A DNA stretch of 44,508 nt, from positions 1 to 44,508 of the IMG/VR virus record IMGVR_UViG_3300012816_000001; one strand, written 5' to 3'. Below the pieces are notes generated by a model. That model did not search any database, was not told the DNA's origin, and saw only the letters and a list, made by a program, of their open reading frames with translations. The translations under genes were made by a program, and so were the position numbers. This document shows positions 40,127 to 44,508 of this stretch, one piece after another. Origin of the DNA: a virus. Lineage: Duplodnaviria; Caudoviricetes. The first letter of the stretch is position 1. Each line of letters begins with the position of its first letter.

Positions 40127-40342
40127 CTATGCCCCATCGTCGGTGATTATGTTTTTCTGGGTGAAGTGCTCGTCGATGCCGCACTGAGGGCAGCTCACTT
40201 CAAATTCCGCGAACACGGCATGGTGTCGCGTGAAATCGAACTCGGTCTTGCCAGTTGCCAAGCAAGTAAGGCTGCCAAGCTCCACCCGGTCAAGTTGAAT
40301 GACCCCTTGCACGAGGTGCTTGTCAGATTTCCACATGGTCAT
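40127..40342 (-). CDS. Small CxxC-containing ORF, possibly truncated
   Basis: AGGA RBS; a single CPQC without its partner pair. Confidence 0.4.
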   Translation of the reverse strand: MTMWKSDKHLVQGVIQLDRVELGSLTCLATGKTEFDFTRHHAVFAEFEVSCPQCGIDEHFTQKNIITDDGA

Positions 40343-40406
40343 TTGATGATCCTGTCTGTTCTAGTGAAAAATGGGGATCGAGCTGGATGATCGCCGTGTC
40401 GATGCA

Positions 40407-40650
40407 TCAAGCGCCGGCCATCTCGTGTTCAGCGGCCGTGGCCAGGAACGCAGAGCGAGATTGCCCGCGCGCCTTCGCTGCAGCGTCGATGCGCTGAACA
40501 AGGGCCTCGTTCAGGCTGATGTTCGGGCGCACGGCCTTCGAGCACACCTTGGCCAGGTCGATGTACACCAGCAGCCAGTAACCGCCCGAGTAGTCGGGAT
40601 CGTTCGCCCAGACCTCGGGGGGGCTGCGGGCGGCCTGGCCGAAGTAGCTC
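40407..40650 (-). pseudogene. hicB: C-terminal remnant of a HicB antitoxin
   Basis: W..DPDY.GGYW.LV.IDL......VR.NISL.E.LV.RID..A...G.SRS.FLA (RHH); the N-terminal part and hicA are absent. Confidence 0.8.
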
Positions 40651-40977
40651 TCAGGCTGCAGGCATCTTGTCGTATTCGGCCAGCGGCATTTCTGTGCCGT
40701 CATGGGCCACCAGCGCGCCGGCCGTTGAGTCCGCGACTTCAATAGGGCGGTCGTTGAACTTGTTCTTGTCCACCTTGTAGGCGCTCCCCATGGATGAGGC
40801 GCCGTAGAGTCTGCACAGGGCCAAGTCTTCGGCCTGCTTTGGGTTCAGGACGAGCTTCTGCGGTGTCTTGCCTGGGTGCTTGATCCAGTGCGTGCGGAAG
40901 GCGTTGGACGCCCGGCGGTGCAGTTCGGCCATGCCAGGATGGTGTGGGCGAAGGTCAATAATGTTCTGGGCTGCCAT
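40651..40977 (-). CDS. Hypothetical protein (108 aa)
   Basis: Open frame with host-like codon usage; HW..H....PQKL.L...G.LVA.DG.E.PL. Confidence 0.65.
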   Translation of the reverse strand: MAAQNIIDLRPHHPGMAELHRRASNAFRTHWIKHPGKTPQKLVLNPKQAEDLALCRLYGASSMGSAYKVDKNKFNDRPIEVADSTAGALVAHDGTEMPLAEYDKMPAA

Positions 40978-41072
40978 GTCTGGGGAGATTATTGGTTGAT
41001 GTATGCATTCAGTTCTGCAATATTGCAATGATCTTTTTTGAATTATGGGGTGCTTTGTCAATAAAGAAAAAT

Positions 41073-42083
41073 CTAATTTTTCTTAATTGTTTTGTAGAAG
41101 TGGTAACCTTGTTCATTGGTTAACCCGGCGACGCCATGATCTTGTGCAAATTTCTCGTTTTCAATATATATATTACATCCATCGTCGAAGGTATTAATGA
41201 CGATGTTTCCAGCTTGGTTTGATGTCAGTATTTCAAGGTTGCGCCGACTCCATTGAGAGTAGTCAATGTACTTTGATGGAGAACACCCGAGTATGGTTAT
41301 TTTGGGTTTAAGAAAATCGAGAAAGGAATAATCCCTGTCAGAGTGTCTGCCATGATGTGGCGCGAGTAATATTGCACAATTATTCTTTAAATCTGGGTTG
41401 GTTTTTATGACAAATTCCCACGATTTGTCGTGTGCGTCACCTCCAAATATAATATTTCCGGCGGCTGAGCAGTATTGAATCACATAAGATGCTTCATTAA
41501 TATCATCGTTAACATCTGGGTCACACAGAAGTTCTTCATTTGGTGCAAGGATGTACAGGCCATCATGACCTCCATCTTTGCCTTGTTCATTCGCGTAGGC
41601 GAATTTTGCGCCAGCGAGTTTTTTTAATGTGGTTACGCCATCAACTTTTGCGTTGATTAACTGCTGATATTTAATCCAGTCTTCTTCTTTATAGCGATAA
41701 AAATTCTTGAAATCAGGTGCTTCGCGTCTTGCGCCTGTGTCCCAAAAATTTTGAAATCCAATCTCATTGTGTAGTGCGTTTAATCCGTCCATGTGATCCA
41801 TGTCAGGATGCGTCACAATCATTCTAAATATTTTCCCAATTCCGAAGGTTTTTATATAGTTGATTGGATTCGATGGGCGTTCGCACATCCTATAGTTGCC
41901 TTTGATTCCTTGGGCCTCTTTAAAGATATTTAGTAGGCCGGTTGCCCTTGCTTCCATCGCCATGGCATTTTGTCGAACCTCTAAATTGCCGCCGCACATA
42001 TCAATCATGGTCGAGCGGCCAGAGTTGTGCTGAATAATCGAGCAGTCTCCGGGGGATACATTGAGAAGATGAATTGTCGCCAT
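41073..42083 (-). CDS. Stand-alone ComEC/Rec2-type metallo-beta-lactamase-fold hydrolase
   Basis: LNV..GDC.II, ID, THPDMDHMDG, N.AS.V, GGDA and APHHG motifs; markedly AT-rich. Confidence 0.9.
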   Translation of the reverse strand: MATIHLLNVSPGDCSIIQHNSGRSTMIDMCGGNLEVRQNAMAMEARATGLLNIFKEAQGIKGNYRMCERPSNPINYIKTFGIGKIFRMIVTHPDMDHMDGLNALHNEIGFQNFWDTGARREAPDFKNFYRYKEEDWIKYQQLINAKVDGVTTLKKLAGAKFAYANEQGKDGGHDGLYILAPNEELLCDPDVNDDINEASYVIQYCSAAGNIIFGGDAHDKSWEFVIKTNPDLKNNCAILLAPHHGRHSDRDYSFLDFLKPKITILGCSPSKYIDYSQWSRRNLEILTSNQAGNIVINTFDDGCNIYIENEKFAQDHGVAGLTNEQGYHFYKTIKKN

Positions 42084-42556
42084 TATTTTTCAGTGTTTTT
42101 GGGTGCGCTATCTGCCGAGGATCGTGATTTTTCGATGCCCCATATTGCTTGGGCAACACTTTCAATCTTTGCTACAAATTTATCCACATTTAAGCCTGCG
42201 ACAAAAGCTAGGGCAAAAAAACCTATTTCTGAAGAATCTGTAGTTCTACTTGAATCGAGAACCAGTAGGCCGGCTTTCAAAAAGAGATAGCTAACGCCAC
42301 CACTGATGAGGCTGGCAAGTGGTCTTAAGAAATACCATGCATGCCAATCTTTATTCCAATTGTTGTGAACGCAGCGATTGATATACACTGCTCTTAAGCA
42401 GTAAAGACAGCCTCCAATGAGCCCAATGAGGCTGCACTGGGTAATTATTTTTAGTGGCTCAAAATCTTTGGCGAAATAATTTAAAGCTATGCATGCTAAA
42501 AGGTAGGTGCTTCCAGTTATAAGTGTTAATAAGTATCCGGAAATAATAACTATCAT
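42083..42556 (-). CDS. Four-TM membrane protein
   Basis: G.IGG, WYFLRPL.S...G and FALAFVAG; its stop overlaps the hydrolase start (TAATG); AT-rich. Confidence 0.85.
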   Translation of the reverse strand: MIVIISGYLLTLITGSTYLLACIALNYFAKDFEPLKIITQCSLIGLIGGCLYCLRAVYINRCVHNNWNKDWHAWYFLRPLASLISGGVSYLFLKAGLLVLDSSRTTDSSEIGFFALAFVAGLNVDKFVAKIESVAQAIWGIEKSRSSADSAPKNTEK

Positions 42557-42581
42557 TGTTGTCTCGTGAATTTAATTTTTA

Positions 42582-42610
42582 ATGCTATCAATTTGTTACA
42601 TGGATGCCAA
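42582..42610 (-). promoter_or_regulatory. Sigma70-type promoter of the TM+MBL operon
   Basis: TTGGCA-17 bp-TAGCAT with extended TG. Confidence 0.65.
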
Positions 42611-42651
42611 GAGAAATTTGGGGATGTCTTGAAATGTGCTGTGGCTCTTGA

Positions 42652-43950
42652 TCACGCCCTCGCCACCGGCACATCCTCCCACCGCGTCGTGTACTGCGGC
42701 GTGCGCCTCTCCTGCTTCATCCCCCAGTCCTTGCCCTTGTTGGTGCCCCCCGTGGCACCTGAATGCACGGTGCCCTTGCCATAGCGCTGGTTGAGGGTGT
42801 CCAGCGCCACCATCAACTTGGTGCGGTCGCGGTGGTCTTCTTCCTCCAGATCCAGTTCGCCCTGCAGCACGCTGCCAGGCACCAGGTCCAGCAGCATCAC
42901 CCCGGCCTTGGCCATCTTGTAGCCGGGCTCATAGATGCGCCGCATGCCTGCAGCAGCAGCCCAAACCAGCTTGCCGGTGTCGGCAGTGGGGCGGCGTAGT
43001 GGCACCACGATGCTGCGGTTGAACCGGGGCCCGGGTCGGAAAGGGGATGTGTGGCAGAACACCAGCAGCTGGCTGGCCAGGCTGCCTTGCTTGCGCAGCT
43101 TCTCGGCCGCGCGGCTGGCGAACTCGCTCACGGCCTCCACCAGCGGTGGCAGCTCTGTCACCGCGTGGCCGAATGATCGGGTGCAGGCAATCTCTTTCTT
43201 GGGTGTTGGTGCATCGTCTAGGTCAATGCACTGCATGCCCTGCAGTTCGCGCACGGTGCGCTCCAGCACCACGCTCCAGCGCCTGCGCACGGTGGCTGGG
43301 TCCAGCCGGGCCAGGTCCAGCACGGTGTGCACGCCACCTTCATGCAGCTGCGCTGCGATCTTGCGGCCCACGCCCCACACTTCCTCCACCAGCGTGGCCT
43401 GCAGCACGTCGTCCAGGTCCTGGGCGGGCAGGGCGGTCAGGTTGCACACCTGGGCCAGCTCGGCGGGGTAGCTGCCGGGTTTGCGCTCGGCCGTCTTGGC
43501 GATGTAGTTGGCCAGCTTCGCCAGCGTCTTGGTGTGCCCGATCCCGATGCCGCAAGGGATGCCCACCCACTGGTTGATCCGGTCGCGTATGGCCTGGCTG
43601 CGTTTGGTCAGGTCGCCGCGTACGCCCTGCAAGCCGATGAACGACTCATCGATGCTGTAAACCTCCTGCGTGGGGCCCAGGCCCGCCGCCAGGCTCATCA
43701 TGCGGTCGCTCATGTCGCCGTACAGGGTGAAGTTGGCACTCAGCGCCACCAGGCCGTGGGTTTCCTCCATGTGCCGGATCTGGAACCACGGCGCCCCCAT
43801 CTTGATGCCCAGTGCCTTGGCCTCATTGCTGCGGGCAATGGCGCAGCCGTCGTTGTTGCTCAGCACCACCACGGGGCGGCCGTTGAGGCTGGGGCGGAAC
43901 ACCCGCTCGCAGCTCACGTAGAAGTTGTTGCCGTCCACCAGCGCGTACAT
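42652..43950 (-). CDS. umuC: Y-family DNA polymerase V subunit
   Basis: [27 protein letters not shown] and W.MKQE..TP.YTT.W. Confidence 0.97.
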   Translation of the reverse strand: MYALVDGNNFYVSCERVFRPSLNGRPVVVLSNNDGCAIARSNEAKALGIKMGAPWFQIRHMEETHGLVALSANFTLYGDMSDRMMSLAAGLGPTQEVYSIDESFIGLQGVRGDLTKRSQAIRDRINQWVGIPCGIGIGHTKTLAKLANYIAKTAERKPGSYPAELAQVCNLTALPAQDLDDVLQATLVEEVWGVGRKIAAQLHEGGVHTVLDLARLDPATVRRRWSVVLERTVRELQGMQCIDLDDAPTPKKEIACTRSFGHAVTELPPLVEAVSEFASRAAEKLRKQGSLASQLLVFCHTSPFRPGPRFNRSIVVPLRRPTADTGKLVWAAAAGMRRIYEPGYKMAKAGVMLLDLVPGSVLQGELDLEEEDHRDRTKLMVALDTLNQRYGKGTVHSGATGGTNKGKDWGMKQERRTPQYTTRWEDVPVARA

Positions 43951-43967
43951 GCTGGCCTCCCATCTGC

Positions 43968-44414
43968 TCAGGTGGGGAACAGCTTCACGCACCCGCTCAC
44001 CACACCCCACACCTCAATGGTCTGGCTGTCGCGGGGGATGATGTCGGGATAGGTTGGGTTGGCCGCGCGCAGCTTGATGCGGCCGGCACGCTGGTGCAAA
44101 AACTTCACCGTGCATTCGCCGTCCACAATGGCCACAACGATGCTGTTGTGCTTGGGCTTGATCGCCCGGTCCACCGCAATGATGCTGCCGTCCTCAATGC
44201 CAGCGTCGCGCATCGAGTCACCCCGCACGCGCCAGAAGTAGGTGGCCTGGGGGTGCTTCACCAAAAGCTGCATGATGTCCAGCCGCTCCACCACAAAGTC
44301 ATCGGCAGGCGATGGAAACCCCGCACGCACGCTTACCCCGCACAGGGGCAAGGCCAGCGACTGCGCCGCCGCGTCGTACGGCACGGGTAGCGGGGAATTC
44401 CAAAGACTGTACAT
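43968..44414 (-). CDS. umuD: UmuD (S24 peptidase)
   Basis: AGFPSPA.D cleavage site, GDSM and TVK. Confidence 0.95.
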   Translation of the reverse strand: MYSLWNSPLPVPYDAAAQSLALPLCGVSVRAGFPSPADDFVVERLDIMQLLVKHPQATYFWRVRGDSMRDAGIEDGSIIAVDRAIKPKHNSIVVAIVDGECTVKFLHQRAGRIKLRAANPTYPDIIPRDSQTIEVWGVVSGCVKLFPT

Positions 44415-44422
44415 ATTTACAG
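44407..44422. promoter_or_regulatory. LexA (SOS) box shared by divergent promoters
   Basis: CTGTACATATTTACAG = CTG-N10-CAG; overlaps the umuD ATG and the -35 of the rightward gene. Confidence 0.9.
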
Positions 44423-44450
44423 TATAGCTCCCTGCTGCCAGAATGTTGCC

Positions 44451-44508
44451 ATGTGTACCTACTACGAGGTCCCGGGCCGTGAGCAGCTGGTGCTGCACTT
44501 CGGTGACG
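44451..44508 (+). CDS. SOS response-associated peptidase (SRAP) family, 5' fragment
   Basis: MCTYYE start (Cys2), divergent from umuDC; only 19 codons visible. Confidence 0.65.
   Translation, partial: MCTYYEVPGREQLVLHFGD

Noticed and set aside
40407-40742. Intact HicAB toxin-antitoxin module
   Set aside because: HicB N-terminus is missing and there is no hicA.
40998-41015. Possible second SOS box upstream of the 108-aa gene (CTGAATGCATACATCA, minus strand)
   Set aside because: Lacks the CAG half-site at the required spacing.
41073-42083. Antibiotic-resistance beta-lactamase or competence gene
   Set aside because: Motifs are ComEC-type (HxDxDH, PHHG) with no signal peptide and no competence membrane domain.
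39784-44508. Right attachment site
   Set aside because: No copy of any tRNA-Gly segment found by eye; the element continues past the window.

Overview
Almost the whole window (~1.26 kb to beyond 44.5 kb) is one temperate siphovirus-like prophage in a high-GC betaproteobacterial, Comamonadaceae-like genome. It abuts the 5' end of a tRNA-Gly(CCC) gene. On the tRNA's 3' side is a second element whose tyrosine integrase is cut by an IS3-like insertion. Module order: integrase/excisionase; leftward early operon; lambda-style immunity region (PL operators, terminator, DUF3037-like gene, HipA-like kinase, cI, PR, cro); cII; replication initiator; putative cos; lambda-type head genes with a Mor/C-type activator after terL; a non-lambda tail tip; a GT-A glycosyltransferase next to a (Gly-X-Thr)n collagen/beta-helix fibre; lysis; an accessory hotspot; a LexA-boxed umuDC/SRAP cassette. 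Best candidates for undescribed biology: (1) a low-GC, self-promoted membrane protein + ComEC-type metallo-beta-lactamase-fold operon (candidate anti-phage system); (2) the kinase/DUF3037-like pair in the rexAB position; (3) three antisense cargo genes sitting in register inside operon-strand ORFs that stay open; (4) a glycosyltransferase paired with a Thr-rich collagen fibre (possible virion glycosylation). All family calls come from motif recognition by eye; no searches were run.
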